A stretch of DNA of 64,000 nucleotides. Source: an uncultured Gemmataceae bacterium (GTDB lineage Bacteria; Planctomycetota; Planctomycetia; Gemmatales; Gemmataceae). Shown one piece after another: positions 41,356 through 53,499 of this stretch; the first letter of the stretch is position 1; every line of letters begins with the position of its first letter. Location of the stretch: assembly GCA_963750165.1 (NCBI GenBank), contig CAVVPN010000011.1, forward strand, positions 640,001-704,000, in the 5' to 3' direction. The notes beneath the pieces are model-generated. The model ran no database searches, was not told where the DNA came from, and saw nothing but the letters and a program-made list of their open reading frames with translations. A program made the position numbers and the translations under genes.

Positions 41356-43632
41356 ATGACCAGCCGCCGCGGTTCGCAGTTCGATGTCTTCGCGCTCAGC
41401 CTGCTCGTGGCTGGCCTCTTCGTCGCGGGGTGCGTGTTCGGTTATGACCTGACTCCGGCCAGCGCCGCCACCTACCCGCCGCCCCAGACCGCAGCGCACG
41501 TGCTCGGGCCGGCCGGAGCGGACCTGGCAGATCAACTATATCAAACGCTCGGCAGCGCCGTGTACGTCCTGCTGGCGGCGTGGTTCGTCCTGGTGCTGGC
41601 GCTGCTGCGCCGCCGCGGTCGCTGGCACTGGCTGCTGCGCTTCAGTGGTTGGGCGCTACTCGTGCCCTGCGTGGCTGTCCTCGCCGACCTGGCCGGTCCC
41701 GGCGCGTTGCCTGGCCCACTGACCAGCAACGGCGGCACCCTCGGGGCCTGGCTCACGGGCTGGCTCGAAGACTCCTTCACGCCTGCCAGCTGCGTCCTGC
41801 TGATCGCGGGAACCTGCGTGCTGAGCGTGACGTTGACGGCGGGCTTCGTGGTGCGGCGTCTATTGCGGCTGGGTTGGTGCTGCACCCGCTGGCTGGGGCG
41901 GCGCGTGGTCCACTCCGTCCTGGACAATCTGCCTTCCCGGACGCCGAGGCCGCAAACGGTGGAGGAAATCCACCTGGCGGAACTGGACGAGGTGGAGGTG
42001 GTGCCCACGCCGCGGACCATCCCGATCAACCGGCCGCAAATGCCGAGTTTCGCCGGCAAACACGGCGTCGGCTTTCGCTCGCTGCTGCGCCTGGGCCGCG
42101 CCGCGCCTCCCATCGTCCGGCCGCAGCTCCACTCCCCTGCTGATTTTTCAGGCTTCCAGCTGCCGCCGCTGTCCCTGCTCGAAGAACCGAAGCCGTTCCC
42201 GTTCGAGGCGCACGACCGGCGCCTGCGCGAACAGGCGGCCCTGCTGGAAAAGACCTTCACCGACTTCAACCTGAACGTGCGCGTCGTCGGCATCAACACC
42301 GGCCCGGTCGTGTCGCAGTACGAACTGGCCCTGGAGACCGGCCTGCGCGTCAACAAGGTTACCTGCCTGGCCGACGACCTGGCGCTCAACCTGAAGGTGC
42401 CGAGTGTCCGCATCGTGGCCCCGATCCCGGGCAAGAACACCGTCGGCGTTGAGGTGCCCAACGAACACCGCGCCGAGGTGCGACTCAAGGAAGTCATGCT
42501 CACCGCGGGCGCGAAGGTGCAAAAGCTGCACATCCCGTTGTTCCTGGGCAAGGATACCGAGGGCCAGTCGCTGGTGTACGACCTGGCGGACATGCCGCAC
42601 CTGCTGATCGCCGGTCGCACTGGCACCGGCAAATCGGTATGTCTGAACGCCATCATCCTCAGCATCCTCATGACGCGCCGGCCCGATCAGGTCAAAATGG
42701 TCATGATCGATCCGAAAATGACGGAACTCATCGAGTACGGCAAGATTCCGCACCTGATGCACCCGGTGGTGCGCGACGCCAAGAAGGCCGAGGCGATCCT
42801 GGCCTGGGCGGTGGACAAGATGGAGGAGCGCTACGACCTGCTCAGCCGGGCGCGCGTCCGCAACATCGCTTCATACAACCAGCTGTCCCACGAGGAAATC
42901 CTGCGGCGCGTCAACCCGGACGAGGAGGAGCGCGAGCGCATCCCTGACAAAATGCCGTTCATCGTCATCATCGTGGACGAGATGGCCGACCTGATGATGA
43001 CCTCCAAGCGCGAGGTGGAAGGCCACGTTATTCGGCTGGCGCAGAAGTCACGGGCGGCGGGTATTCACCTCGTTGTGGCCACGCAGAAGCCGACCGTGGA
43101 CGTGATTACCGGCCTCATCAAGTCGAACCTGCCGGCACGCATCAGCTTCCAGGTGTCGAGCCGCACGGACAGCCGCGTCGTCCTCGACGAGATGGGCGCC
43201 GACAAGCTGCTGGGCAAGGGCGACATGCTGTTCCTGCAGCCCGGCACCAGCACGCTGCTCCGTGCTCAGGGCACCTTCGCCAGCGATCTGGAAATCACCC
43301 GCGTGGTCGAGCACCTGGAGTGCGAGCCGTGCTTCGATCAGGAGTTGATGGAGGTCAAGAGCACCAGCGAGGGCAGCGGGCTGGTGGAGCGACTGCGCAG
43401 CGACAGTCTGTACGAGCAGGCCATTGAAATCGTGGTGCGCGAGGGCCGCGGCAGTGTGTCGCTGTTGCAGCGGACGCTGGGCATCGGTTACGGACGGGCG
43501 GCCCGGCTCATCGACTTCATGGCAGAGGACGGCCTGGTCGGCACTTACAACGGCAGCAACGCCCGTGAGGTGCTGTGCTCGCCGGAGCGCTGGGAGCAGA
43601 TGAAGGAGGGTCGCCAGGTCGCCGCGTGGTGA
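41356..43632 (+). CDS. ftsK: DNA translocase FtsK
   Basis: N-terminal TM region, PHLLIAGRTGTGKS, IDPK, VDEMADLMM, ATQKP, gamma domain SVSLLQR.LGIGYGRA. Confidence 0.95.
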   Translation: MTSRRGSQFDVFALSLLVAGLFVAGCVFGYDLTPASAATYPPPQTAAHVLGPAGADLADQLYQTLGSAVYVLLAAWFVLVLALLRRRGRWHWLLRFSGWALLVPCVAVLADLAGPGALPGPLTSNGGTLGAWLTGWLEDSFTPASCVLLIAGTCVLSVTLTAGFVVRRLLRLGWCCTRWLGRRVVHSVLDNLPSRTPRPQTVEEIHLAELDEVEVVPTPRTIPINRPQMPSFAGKHGVGFRSLLRLGRAAPPIVRPQLHSPADFSGFQLPPLSLLEEPKPFPFEAHDRRLREQAALLEKTFTDFNLNVRVVGINTGPVVSQYELALETGLRVNKVTCLADDLALNLKVPSVRIVAPIPGKNTVGVEVPNEHRAEVRLKEVMLTAGAKVQKLHIPLFLGKDTEGQSLVYDLADMPHLLIAGRTGTGKSVCLNAIILSILMTRRPDQVKMVMIDPKMTELIEYGKIPHLMHPVVRDAKKAEAILAWAVDKMEERYDLLSRARVRNIASYNQLSHEEILRRVNPDEEERERIPDKMPFIVIIVDEMADLMMTSKREVEGHVIRLAQKSRAAGIHLVVATQKPTVDVITGLIKSNLPARISFQVSSRTDSRVVLDEMGADKLLGKGDMLFLQPGTSTLLRAQGTFASDLEITRVVEHLECEPCFDQELMEVKSTSEGSGLVERLRSDSLYEQAIEIVVREGRGSVSLLQRTLGIGYGRAARLIDFMAEDGLVGTYNGSNAREVLCSPERWEQMKEGRQVAAW

Positions 43633-43642
43633 ACGCGGCGCT

Positions 43643-44380
43643 TCACGGGATGCGGAGGACGCGGCACGTCTCCTCATAGCTCGCTTCCAGTTCGAGCGGC
43701 ACGGCCAGGTTGTCGGCGAGCCAGAGCGGTAACGTCGGTAGCGGTTGGCCCAGCGGCAGCGGGTGCAACCAGGTTTCGAGCAGCCAGTCGTCGCCCGGTT
43801 TGGTGGTGCGGCAGGCCACGGTGTACAGCGGCGGCGGCTCCCTCCCGAGCGCCGGGTCCGTCAGCCCGATCAATTCCAGCAGTTCGCCGTACAGGTTAAA
43901 GTTACGCGTCGTGACCAGATCGATCACGATGACGGACACGCGCTCCTGGAGCAAGGCGGCGCATTTGGCGACGAAGGCGTGGCGGTGCTCAGGACGATCT
44001 TTGTTGGAGGGACTGACGATCTCGACCGCGGCCACGAGCCGCCGGCCGCGGGTGCTGTCGTAAACGCGCACTTCAAACTCGTCCGTTGCCGGGAGGTCTG
44101 TAGCGACAGTCAGCGTCGGTTGGGCCGGTGCCCAGACCGCTGGCGTTAGCCCGCCGTAACCGTTGCCCGGGTCCACGGGAGAACGCCCCTCGTCGTCCTT
44201 CTCGAACGTCGCCACGCCGATCTCCGCGGAAAAACCCAGGTGGCGGCGCAGTCCGGCAACGTAGCGACGCGGCAACTTGTTGAACAAGTGCTGGACAATC
44301 ACCATCGGCCAACCCGCATGAAAACTTTCCCAGGCGGTGAGGTCGTCCAGGGGGGGGCGAAAATGGTCGCGCAACGGCAT
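43643..44380 (-). CDS. DUF4058 family protein
   Basis: MPLRDHF, W..FH..W, AAVEIVSPSNK, LPTLPLWL, LEASYEE; TATAAT (minus strand) at 44402-44407. Confidence 0.85.
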   Translation of the reverse strand: MPLRDHFRPPLDDLTAWESFHAGWPMVIVQHLFNKLPRRYVAGLRRHLGFSAEIGVATFEKDDEGRSPVDPGNGYGGLTPAVWAPAQPTLTVATDLPATDEFEVRVYDSTRGRRLVAAVEIVSPSNKDRPEHRHAFVAKCAALLQERVSVIVIDLVTTRNFNLYGELLELIGLTDPALGREPPPLYTVACRTTKPGDDWLLETWLHPLPLGQPLPTLPLWLADNLAVPLELEASYEETCRVLRIP

Positions 44381-44546
44381 GAGAGAATCCTCCTTGCCGC
44401 CATTATACTCTGAGCCAGTCGCCACACACGATGCCCAACCGTGCAACCGCGCAGGCGTCTGGCAAGGGGCTTTCGCTCCGTCCGTGGCGGGGGTACAATA
44501 CATCCTGCCTTGAACCATCTTCGCCCCACCCATCGGAACGCAACCC

Positions 44547-46125
<1,579 letters not shown>

Positions 46126-46135
46126 GAGGGTCGTC

Positions 46136-46294
46136 ATGGTCTTCGCCGTGCAGTGCCCCAATCTGAAGTGTCGCAAGTTCATGCTGGTCGAACCGCAGGA
46201 TCGCGGCCGTGTCGTGCAGTGCCTGATCTGCAAGACGGCCATCCGCGTCGGCGTGCCGCAGCCGCCGTCGCCCAAGACGCCGATGCCGCGCTAA
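46136..46294 (+). CDS. 52-aa zinc-ribbon protein (not in ORF track)
   Basis: MVFAVQCPNLKCRKFMLVEPQDRGRVVQCLICKTAIRV...; AGGAGG RBS overlapping the Hsp70 stop. Confidence 0.8.
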   Translation: MVFAVQCPNLKCRKFMLVEPQDRGRVVQCLICKTAIRVGVPQPPSPKTPMPR

Positions 46295-46303
46295 GCGACG
46301 CGT

Positions 46304-47938
46304 TCAAGGCGTGTGTTTGTATTTGCCTTTTTGATTCTGTTCCTCATGATTCTGTCTCCGTCGAATGGCCGCCCGGCGCAATTCCCGCCGCGTCAACCAC
46401 CGTCGCAGCCGGCCCTGCGTCGCCACCTGCTCGACCGTGAACACGTATCGCCCCAGCAGCTCCGGCGGCGCCAGTGGGATGTCGCGCACAGTCACGTCCA
46501 GTAAGCCGTTGTCCTGCTCCAGATCGACCAGTTCCGCGAACCAGCGCGGCCCGCCCTGTGTGGCGCCACGGCCCGCACACACGGCGACGCGGCCGAACAC
46601 CTGCGCCTGCAGCGCCCACGCCAGCAGGTCATTGGTGACGACGCGGTGCTGCTGGCCGAGAGCGTCGCACAGCCACAGGCTCGGGCCCGCCCAGCACAGC
46701 ACCTGTCGCCGGCCGCGCACGGCCACCACGTCCAGCGGGATGCCGCCCGGGTCGCGGTAGGCGCACGGCGTCACCGGGCCGCGGCGGTTGAACGGCACCG
46801 CCCACAACTCCTCGCCGCCCACCCCGGCCGCCGCAACGTACACCGTGCCGCACAGGTCGTCCGCACTCCCCGGATGGACTTCCTCGGCGGGCAGCAGTAC
46901 CACGCCCGGGATTTCGTGGACCTGCACCAGCAACTGGCGGTGCCGCAACAGATTCACGGCGGCCAGTGGGCCAGGCCGATCCGGCAGTTCCGCCGGCAAC
47001 GTCAGCAGCCAGACGCCCTGGGTTGTCGCGACGAGCAGGCCGTCGCGCTCGCCCAGCGGCACCGGTCGCAGCACCGCCCGGCCGTCCTCCGCCGTCAGCG
47101 GTCGGCCGCCGTCGTCAGGCGTGAACCTGCTGACCGTGCAGCGCTCGTCCAGGGCCGGGTGCAGCCTGGACGCACACAGCGTCAGCCCTGCGGCCGACTG
47201 CGCCAGCCAGACGGCGACGCGCTCCGGGCAGTGACGGCCGACCTGCAACAGCACCGGGTCGGTCAGCAGTTCCTCGCCGGCGGCGGGCTGCCACACGAAG
47301 AGCGGCCGATAGTCGTCGCGGCGCGGGTCGTCCAGCGCCAGCAGGTTCACGGCCTTGATGCCGTACTGCGAATACAGCACTAGCCACAGTCCGCCATGCC
47401 GCGCCCGCACCAGTTGCCGCGCGCCGCCCGGCCACAGCTGCTCGAACGCCAGCGGCCGGGCGCCGTTGATGTCGCTGAACGGATCGACCAGCAGCCAGCG
47501 GCCGCCCCCGGCCCCCAGCCACAGCCAACCGCCGGCTTCCAGCAGTGACACCGCTGTGTCACTCGTGTCGGGTGGCAGGTAATCGTCCAGGTACAGCACC
47601 CAGCGGGCGTCCCCTGGCTGGTCCAGCGGCGGCTTCAGGTTCAAACTCTCTTGCGGCACGGCGTCCAGGTCGCGCAGCCAGGCGGCGGACGCCCAGCCAT
47701 CGGGCAACTCGTATCGGCAATGGCGGCAGAAGCGGGCCAGGGGCCGGTTGAGGGCACGACAGCGGCCGTGCTTGCCGTGCCGCGGACAGCGCGCCGCCAC
47801 ACGCTGACAGACGCCGCAGACGCACAACTCGCCGGTCAGCTCCGCCTCGTGGAACAGGCCGACGCACTCGGGATACGGGCAGGGCAAACCGGTTTGGCCG
47901 ACGGCCACCTCGGCGATGGGTTCGGGATGGGAAGTCAT
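46304..47938 (-). CDS. Hypothetical protein with N-terminal Cys-rich zinc ribbons and beta-rich body
   Basis: CPYPEC, CGVC, CP..C, NRPLARFCRHC. Confidence 0.7.
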   Translation of the reverse strand: MTSHPEPIAEVAVGQTGLPCPYPECVGLFHEAELTGELCVCGVCQRVAARCPRHGKHGRCRALNRPLARFCRHCRYELPDGWASAAWLRDLDAVPQESLNLKPPLDQPGDARWVLYLDDYLPPDTSDTAVSLLEAGGWLWLGAGGGRWLLVDPFSDINGARPLAFEQLWPGGARQLVRARHGGLWLVLYSQYGIKAVNLLALDDPRRDDYRPLFVWQPAAGEELLTDPVLLQVGRHCPERVAVWLAQSAAGLTLCASRLHPALDERCTVSRFTPDDGGRPLTAEDGRAVLRPVPLGERDGLLVATTQGVWLLTLPAELPDRPGPLAAVNLLRHRQLLVQVHEIPGVVLLPAEEVHPGSADDLCGTVYVAAAGVGGEELWAVPFNRRGPVTPCAYRDPGGIPLDVVAVRGRRQVLCWAGPSLWLCDALGQQHRVVTNDLLAWALQAQVFGRVAVCAGRGATQGGPRWFAELVDLEQDNGLLDVTVRDIPLAPPELLGRYVFTVEQVATQGRLRRWLTRRELRRAAIRRRQNHEEQNQKGKYKHTP

Positions 47939-48674
47939 GGGGCGGGCTCCCGCGGCGGCCTACGGTAGCAGAACGACAGCAGCGGCGGCCAGCGTTCGGC
48001 CAGCGTCGCGGGCAGAGCGTCGCGCGGCCACAGCCGTTGATCGACACGGCCCACACAGACGGCCAGGTGCTCGGTCAGTTGTTGTTGCAAGACCGCCAGA
48101 CTGCCGCCCGCGGGACGGATGGGCCAGGCGGCCTCGTCGCGCCAGCCGGGCCAGGCGGTGAGGTGCCGTTCCAGGGCGGCGAAGTGCGCGGCTTCTTCGG
48201 GCTGCTGTAGCAGGAGCGCGAGGGCGCCGACGGCGGCGAGAGGGCCGGCATCCTCCGATGGCAACCACCGCAGCAACGCCGCGAACTCGTCAGTGTCCGC
48301 CGTCGGCCGTGCCAGGGCGTTGACGAGCAGGCACGCCGCCGCGTCGTCTTCCAGCAGCAGCCGGAGCCAGGCCGCGCCGCCGTCGGGCCGTGCGCCAGGT
48401 GTCGCGCCACGACGCCGACCAGGACAACCGCCCGGCAGTCCTCGACAGCGCGAACCGCCCGCGCGAACGACAACGCCGGATCGGTGCAACCCGGATCAAC
48501 CAGCGGCTCGTCCGTCAGGCCCAGTGCAAGCAGCCGTCGCGCCGCCACGACGCGCCAGTCCGCTGCGCCAGGTTCGCGCAACCGCGCCAGCAACTCGGCC
48601 AGCGTCGCGGGCGGCGCCGCGCCAACCGGCAAGCCGTCGAGCACCAGGGTCAGCACGGCGTCGGCAGCGAACAC
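47935..48674 (-). CDS. Hypothetical helical protein, frameshifted near 48390
   Basis: ORFs 48075-48674 and 47935-48489 join into one Leu/Ala-rich protein; ATGA overlap with the next gene. Confidence 0.55.
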
Positions 48675-48976
48675 GGTCCGATCCCTCGCGGTCTCATGAA
48701 TGCGAATTCCGGTTGCCCAACCGCTACCCTGGGCCGTCCGAGGTGTTTATAGGTTGTCAGTCATGGTGTCTGACTGCGCCTGGACTGGCCTCCTCTCATC
48801 GTAGGGCTTTTTTTCACGAAAAGAACCACGGCCAATCACCGGAGCGGTGAAGGGCCGAACCTATCCGTCCCGTCGCGGGTGCGGGACCCGTGGCGGCCCG
48901 GTCACGGACTGATGTCATCGTTACAGGAGAAGAAGCACCCGGGAATTTCCATCACCCCTGTGCGGAGGACGAACCC

Positions 48977-50155
48977 ATGACCAATGGTCTTCGCGGAGCG
49001 AAGTGCCCCGCCACGGTCCTGTCTGCTCTGATCCTGGCGCTGGCCGGCGGGCTGGCTGGCGGTCAGCAGGCGGCCCCACCTGCCCCCAACCCCACGCCCG
49101 TGCGAGCGCTGCGGCTGCCCGAGACGCCCTACCGATACGCCAACCTCGAACTGCCGGCCCACTTCAAGACGGCCGCCGCGCGGCGCTTCGACAACACGCC
49201 CCGCGACAACCCGGTGACCGACAACGGCGCCACCCTCGGCCGCGTCCTGTTCTACGACACGCGGCTGTCGGCCAACAACACCGTGGCCTGCGCCTCGTGC
49301 CACCAGCAGAAGAACGCCTTCGTCGATCCGAACCGCTTCAGCAAGGGCTTCGAGGGCAAGCTGACCGACCGCCACGCCATGGGGCTGAGCAACCTCCGCT
49401 ACTACCCGCGCGGCCGCTTCTTCTGGGATGAGCGCGCCCCGAGCCTGGAAGCCCAGGTGCTCATGCCGATCCAGAGCAAGGTCGAGATGGGCATGACCCT
49501 GGACCGGGTTCTGGACATCATCAGCAAGGATGCGCACTACCCGAAGCTGTACCGGGATGCGTTCGGCAGCGACGGCATCACGAAGGAGCGCACCGCCAGG
49601 GCTCTGGCGCAGTTTGTCCGCTCGCTGGTGTCGTACCGCTCGAAGTTCGACGAGGGCATGGCCAAGGCGGATTCGGTGCGCGACGACTTCTCGAACTTCA
49701 CGGCCCAGGAGAATCGAGGCAAGACAACGTTCTTGAACCGTTGCGCCACCTGCCACCTGCCCGGCGGCCAGCAGGCGCACTTCACGCTGAACCGGCCGAT
49801 GAACAACGGCCTGGACGCGGACCACAAGACATCGGACGGCGGCGTGGGCGGCATCACGCTGCGGCCGGGCCAGTTGGGCCTGTTCAAGTCGCCGTCGCTG
49901 CGTAACGTGGAATTCACAGCGCCCTACATGCACGACGGTCGCTTCAACACCCTGGAAAAGGTGATCGACCACTACGCCCGCGGCGTCAAGAACCACCCGA
50001 ACCTCGACGGTCGGGCGCGGCGTGGCAACATCAATCCGGGCCAGCGGGCCGCCCTGGTCGCGTTCCTGAAGACGCTGACCGACCGGCAGTTCCTGGCCGA
50101 CCCGAAGTTCTCCGACCCGTTCGTGACGATCACCGCAACCGCCGCCCCCAAGTAA
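48977..50155 (+). CDS. Di-heme cytochrome c peroxidase/MauG family protein
   Basis: LGRVLFYDTRLS, CASCH, FFWDER, CATCH, FKSPSLRNV..TAPYMHDG. Confidence 0.93.
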   Translation: MTNGLRGAKCPATVLSALILALAGGLAGGQQAAPPAPNPTPVRALRLPETPYRYANLELPAHFKTAAARRFDNTPRDNPVTDNGATLGRVLFYDTRLSANNTVACASCHQQKNAFVDPNRFSKGFEGKLTDRHAMGLSNLRYYPRGRFFWDERAPSLEAQVLMPIQSKVEMGMTLDRVLDIISKDAHYPKLYRDAFGSDGITKERTARALAQFVRSLVSYRSKFDEGMAKADSVRDDFSNFTAQENRGKTTFLNRCATCHLPGGQQAHFTLNRPMNNGLDADHKTSDGGVGGITLRPGQLGLFKSPSLRNVEFTAPYMHDGRFNTLEKVIDHYARGVKNHPNLDGRARRGNINPGQRAALVAFLKTLTDRQFLADPKFSDPFVTITATAAPK

Positions 50156-50166
50156 GGAGCACATCG

Positions 50167-50637
50167 ATGCGCATGATGACCGTGTGGCTGACGGCCGCCC
50201 TGTTGGCGGCGCTGACGTTCACCGGGGTGGGCGAGAGCCAGCCCCCGGGCCAGAAGAAAAAAGGGCCGCCGGACGGCTTCGGCAAGAAGGATGGGCCGGG
50301 CTTCAAGAAGGGCAAAAAGGGCAAGGGCAAGGGCGCCCCTCTGACGACAGACGGAGTGGCCGATTACCTGCTCGCCTTCGACAAGGCCAAGACCGGCAAG
50401 GTCACCCGCGACCAGCTTCCCGAACGTATGCAGCACCTGGTCGATCAGGGCGACACCAACGAGGACGGCGCCCTGGATCGCGAAGAAATCCTGGCGCTGG
50501 CGGCCAAACTGTCGCAGGACCGCAGCCTCGCAGGGTTCGGCCGCGGCCCCAAAGGTTTCGGGGGCAAGGGACCCAAGGGCGGCAAGGGCGGCAAGAAAGG
50601 CAAAGGCTTTCCGCCTAAATCCGACGCCCCGTCGTGA
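50167..50637 (+). CDS. Exported EF-hand protein with G/K-rich low-complexity arms
   Basis: Signal peptide; DKAKTGKVT and DTNEDGALDREE loops. Confidence 0.8.
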   Translation: MRMMTVWLTAALLAALTFTGVGESQPPGQKKKGPPDGFGKKDGPGFKKGKKGKGKGAPLTTDGVADYLLAFDKAKTGKVTRDQLPERMQHLVDQGDTNEDGALDREEILALAAKLSQDRSLAGFGRGPKGFGGKGPKGGKGGKKGKGFPPKSDAPS

Positions 50638-50691
50638 CCTTGGGCGGGACGGATAAGGGCTGTGAACAACCCTGGCTCCGTTTACGTTTCA

Positions 50692-50880
50692 CGGAGAATT
50701 CACCACAGAGAACGCGGAGAACGCAGAGAGAAGACCGAGGAATCGATCCACAGCTGACACAGATGAAACACCGATAAAGACCTATTCAAATGTCTTTATC
50801 GGTGTTTCATCTGTGTCCTCTGTGGATCCTCTGTTGTCTTTTCTCTGCGCTCTCCGCGTTCTCCGTGGTGAATCCTCCGG
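50692..50880. repeat. Complete family-1 nested palindrome (~190 bp)
   Basis: Outer arms ttcaccacagagaacgcggag.../ctccgcgttctccgtggtgaa; inner arms as at 5505-5669. Confidence 0.88.
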
Positions 50881-50898
50881 TTTAGGCTCGGGAGGCGA

Positions 50899-51705
50899 TC
50901 AACCCTGCGTGGCGGGCACGAGCCCTTTCTCGCGCAGCACCGTCTCGACCCATGCCTGTTGTTCGGGTGACAGCGCCGGCGGCGGCACGCGCTCCGCATA
51001 GCGCACGCGCTGGCGGTACGGGCCGGAGTCATAAGCGCTGTCCATCACAGCTTGCAGGTCCAGAGCCACGCTGCCATCGCCAGGCAATAGCGGCACGTCC
51101 AGCACGGGGAGGCGGTCGGGCAGCAACACCGGGTAAACCTGGAACTCCTCGCGCGCGTCGCAGGTATGAACGCAGACGTGGTAGTCGAACGGCCCGGCTT
51201 GCTCCACGGCCAGCGCCTGGGGAACGGCCGTGGCGTGCGCCCCCCCGCGCAGCAAGTCGATCTCGATCAGGTGCGCCTTGCCGTCGAGCAACTCGCGTTG
51301 CTTGCTCAGGTATTTGTCCCGACTCTCCCCCGACGACTTGTTCGACGGGCTGAGCACCTCGATTGCCGCCACGAGATGTTCTTCGTCCCGGCGGCAATAA
51401 ATATCGACGAACGTCTGCCTGCGCTCGTCGGACGGGGTACGAACAAGCACGGGCCGGGTGGTCGGCCGTGCCGCCACGAGGGCGCCGCCCGGATTGGGCC
51501 GCTCGTCGCGGAGGACGTTCACGTCTGGCCAGAGGTTGCGCCCCGAGACGTCGATCCAGACGCGGTCGTTGATGTCGGCGTAGTAGGGTGGACGCAGGGC
51601 GGCCAGGAGCGCACGACAGGACTCGGTGATCAGCCGCGCGTGGAAGCCGGCGAACAGGGCGGCCTCCTCAAGAAACGGGTCCATGCCCGGAAACGGCGAC
51701 GGCAT
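50899..51705 (-). CDS. DUF4058 family protein
   Basis: MPSPFPGMDPFLE, IEVLSPSNK, HLIEIDLLRGG, LDLQA. Confidence 0.9.
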   Translation of the reverse strand: MPSPFPGMDPFLEEAALFAGFHARLITESCRALLAALRPPYYADINDRVWIDVSGRNLWPDVNVLRDERPNPGGALVAARPTTRPVLVRTPSDERRQTFVDIYCRRDEEHLVAAIEVLSPSNKSSGESRDKYLSKQRELLDGKAHLIEIDLLRGGAHATAVPQALAVEQAGPFDYHVCVHTCDAREEFQVYPVLLPDRLPVLDVPLLPGDGSVALDLQAVMDSAYDSGPYRQRVRYAERVPPPALSPEQQAWVETVLREKGLVPATQG

Positions 51706-51789
51706 CACGGCCTCCTTTCCTGCGCCAGTCAGCTGCGAGGAAAAGGGGTCAGGTTTCGCTCGAAAGGTCAGATAACTTGAGGCGAAAAC

Positions 51790-52386
51790 CTAACCAGACC
51801 CCTCTTGCTTTTCCTTTTGCTTTTCGGCCTTGGCACAACTCATCCTGAAGTCAATCCAGCGCACTAACCGAGACCTAGGAAACTCCCGTCGAATCCTCGC
51901 CCGATAGCTCGTTCTCGCCAGCAGGAAGACAATACTCTCGTCCTCCACTTCTATGCTTCGCCGCTTCAGTTTATCACGAAATGCCGGTAAGGCACCGACA
52001 ATTTGCTGCATTCCTTCTGGCGAATTCCTCACCTGAATCGGCGTGTCGAACAGATCGACAAGGAACACACCCAGTTCTTTGAGCTGCAACAAGAACGCTG
52101 CGTACTCCTCTGTGCTTTCAGGCAACCTTAGAAAGTAGTGGTGAAAGATTGTTGCTGGCAGGCTGCGGTTGTCACGAATAGATGGCGTCTTGCGGAGCAC
52201 CATGGGCAAGTAGAAGTACGATGATCCGCTGGGAGGGGGCGCTTCTCCCACCAACAGTGTCTCTATCACAAATGGTCGGTAGGCTTCGGATAACGCCAGA
52301 TAGTCTAAGCTTGACTTTTGCAGCGATATTAATACTCGAGTAATGCAAATTTCCGCATACGCCTTTTGGCGGAAACGCCTGGACAT
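51790..52386 (-). CDS. Low-GC hypothetical protein, possibly uracil-DNA-glycosylase-like fold; start uncertain
   Basis: YRP..I..LLVGEAPP..SYFY and GVFLVD patterns resemble UDG-superfamily motif A. Confidence 0.55.
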   Translation of the reverse strand: MSRRFRQKAYAEICITRVLISLQKSSLDYLALSEAYRPFVIETLLVGEAPPPSGSSYFYLPMVLRKTPSIRDNRSLPATIFHHYFLRLPESTEEYAAFLLQLKELGVFLVDLFDTPIQVRNSPEGMQQIVGALPAFRDKLKRRSIEVEDESIVFLLARTSYRARIRREFPRSRLVRWIDFRMSCAKAEKQKEKQEGSG

Positions 52387-52389
52387 TTA

Positions 52390-53274
52390 GTGACTGTCCC
52401 ATAAGGGGGGAGGAATGCGTATAATGTACCATGAGAACGCAATCCTATCCCAGCGACGTGACCGATGCCCAGTGGACCTTGATCGAGCCGCACCTCCCCG
52501 TCTATCCCGGCGGGCGGCCCCGCACCACCAACCTGCGCAACGTCGTCGATGCCATCTTCTACCTGCTGCGCACCGGCTGCCAGTGGCGCTACCTGCCCAA
52601 GGACTTCCCGCCCAAAAGCACCGTCTGGCGCTACTTCGACGAGTGGCGGCACAATGGCACCCTCGACGTTCTCCACGACCTGCTCCGCAAAAAAGTCCGC
52701 ACGCAGCAGAAGCCCTACCAGCCTCGGACCACGGCCAGCGTGGACAGCCAGTCGGTGGACACCACCTCCGGCGGCGAGCAGCGCGGCCGGGACAACGCCA
52801 AGAACGTCGATGGCCGTAAACGCCATATCGTGGTGGATAGCATGGGCTTGCTGCTGGCCGTGCTGGTGACCGCCGCCAGCGCCGATGACGGCGCGGTGGC
52901 GGCCCAGTTGTTCGCCCGGCTGCAGGGCCAGCCGGTGGGCAAGGTGCGGCGAATGTTCGCGGACAGCAAGTACCACAACTACGCCCTCTACGAGTGGGTC
53001 CAGGAGAACGCCCCCTGGGAGCTGGTGATCGTGCGGCGGCCGGCGGGGAAGCGCGGTTGGGAGAAACTGCCGCTGCGCTGGACGGTGGAGCGGACCTTCG
53101 CCTGGCTGGGGAAGTGCCGGCGGCTCTCCAAGGACCGGGAGAAGAGCGCGCTCTCGTCGGAGGCGTTCGTCAAGTTGGCCATGATCCACCTCATGCTCAA
53201 CAGGCTCCAGCCCAAGGACACGAAGGCCAAGTTCTACTATCGCCCAGCTGCTTGACCCCTTATGGGACAGTCAC
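52390..53274 (+). mobile_element. IS5-family insertion sequence (885 bp)
   Basis: Perfect 19-bp TIR gtgactgtcccataagggg; TTA target duplication at 52387-52389 and 53275-53277. Confidence 0.95.
52431..53255 (+). CDS. IS5-family (IS1031-like) DDE transposase
   Basis: YPSDVTDAQW, GCQWRYLP.DFPP, DSQSV, GRKRHIVVD, ADSKY, RWTVERTFAW. Confidence 0.95.
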   Translation: MRTQSYPSDVTDAQWTLIEPHLPVYPGGRPRTTNLRNVVDAIFYLLRTGCQWRYLPKDFPPKSTVWRYFDEWRHNGTLDVLHDLLRKKVRTQQKPYQPRTTASVDSQSVDTTSGGEQRGRDNAKNVDGRKRHIVVDSMGLLLAVLVTAASADDGAVAAQLFARLQGQPVGKVRRMFADSKYHNYALYEWVQENAPWELVIVRRPAGKRGWEKLPLRWTVERTFAWLGKCRRLSKDREKSALSSEAFVKLAMIHLMLNRLQPKDTKAKFYYRPAA

Positions 53275-53499
53275 TTAGCAAGAAAAGGGCGAGGTTGCTA
53301 GTTGGCGCGGCGCCGAAAAATCGGCGCACACCATGTTGTACACTAATAGTTTTTTCACACCCACCAGACTTTCAGGTGTTGAAAAACTCGGAAGGCTCGG
53401 GCCGGCTGCCATTTCTGGCAATCCTGCCTTGTCCTTGGGCAATCAACGACAATGGAGATCGCTGCAAAAGTCAAGCTAAGGCCATTGTCTGTCTCTGTG

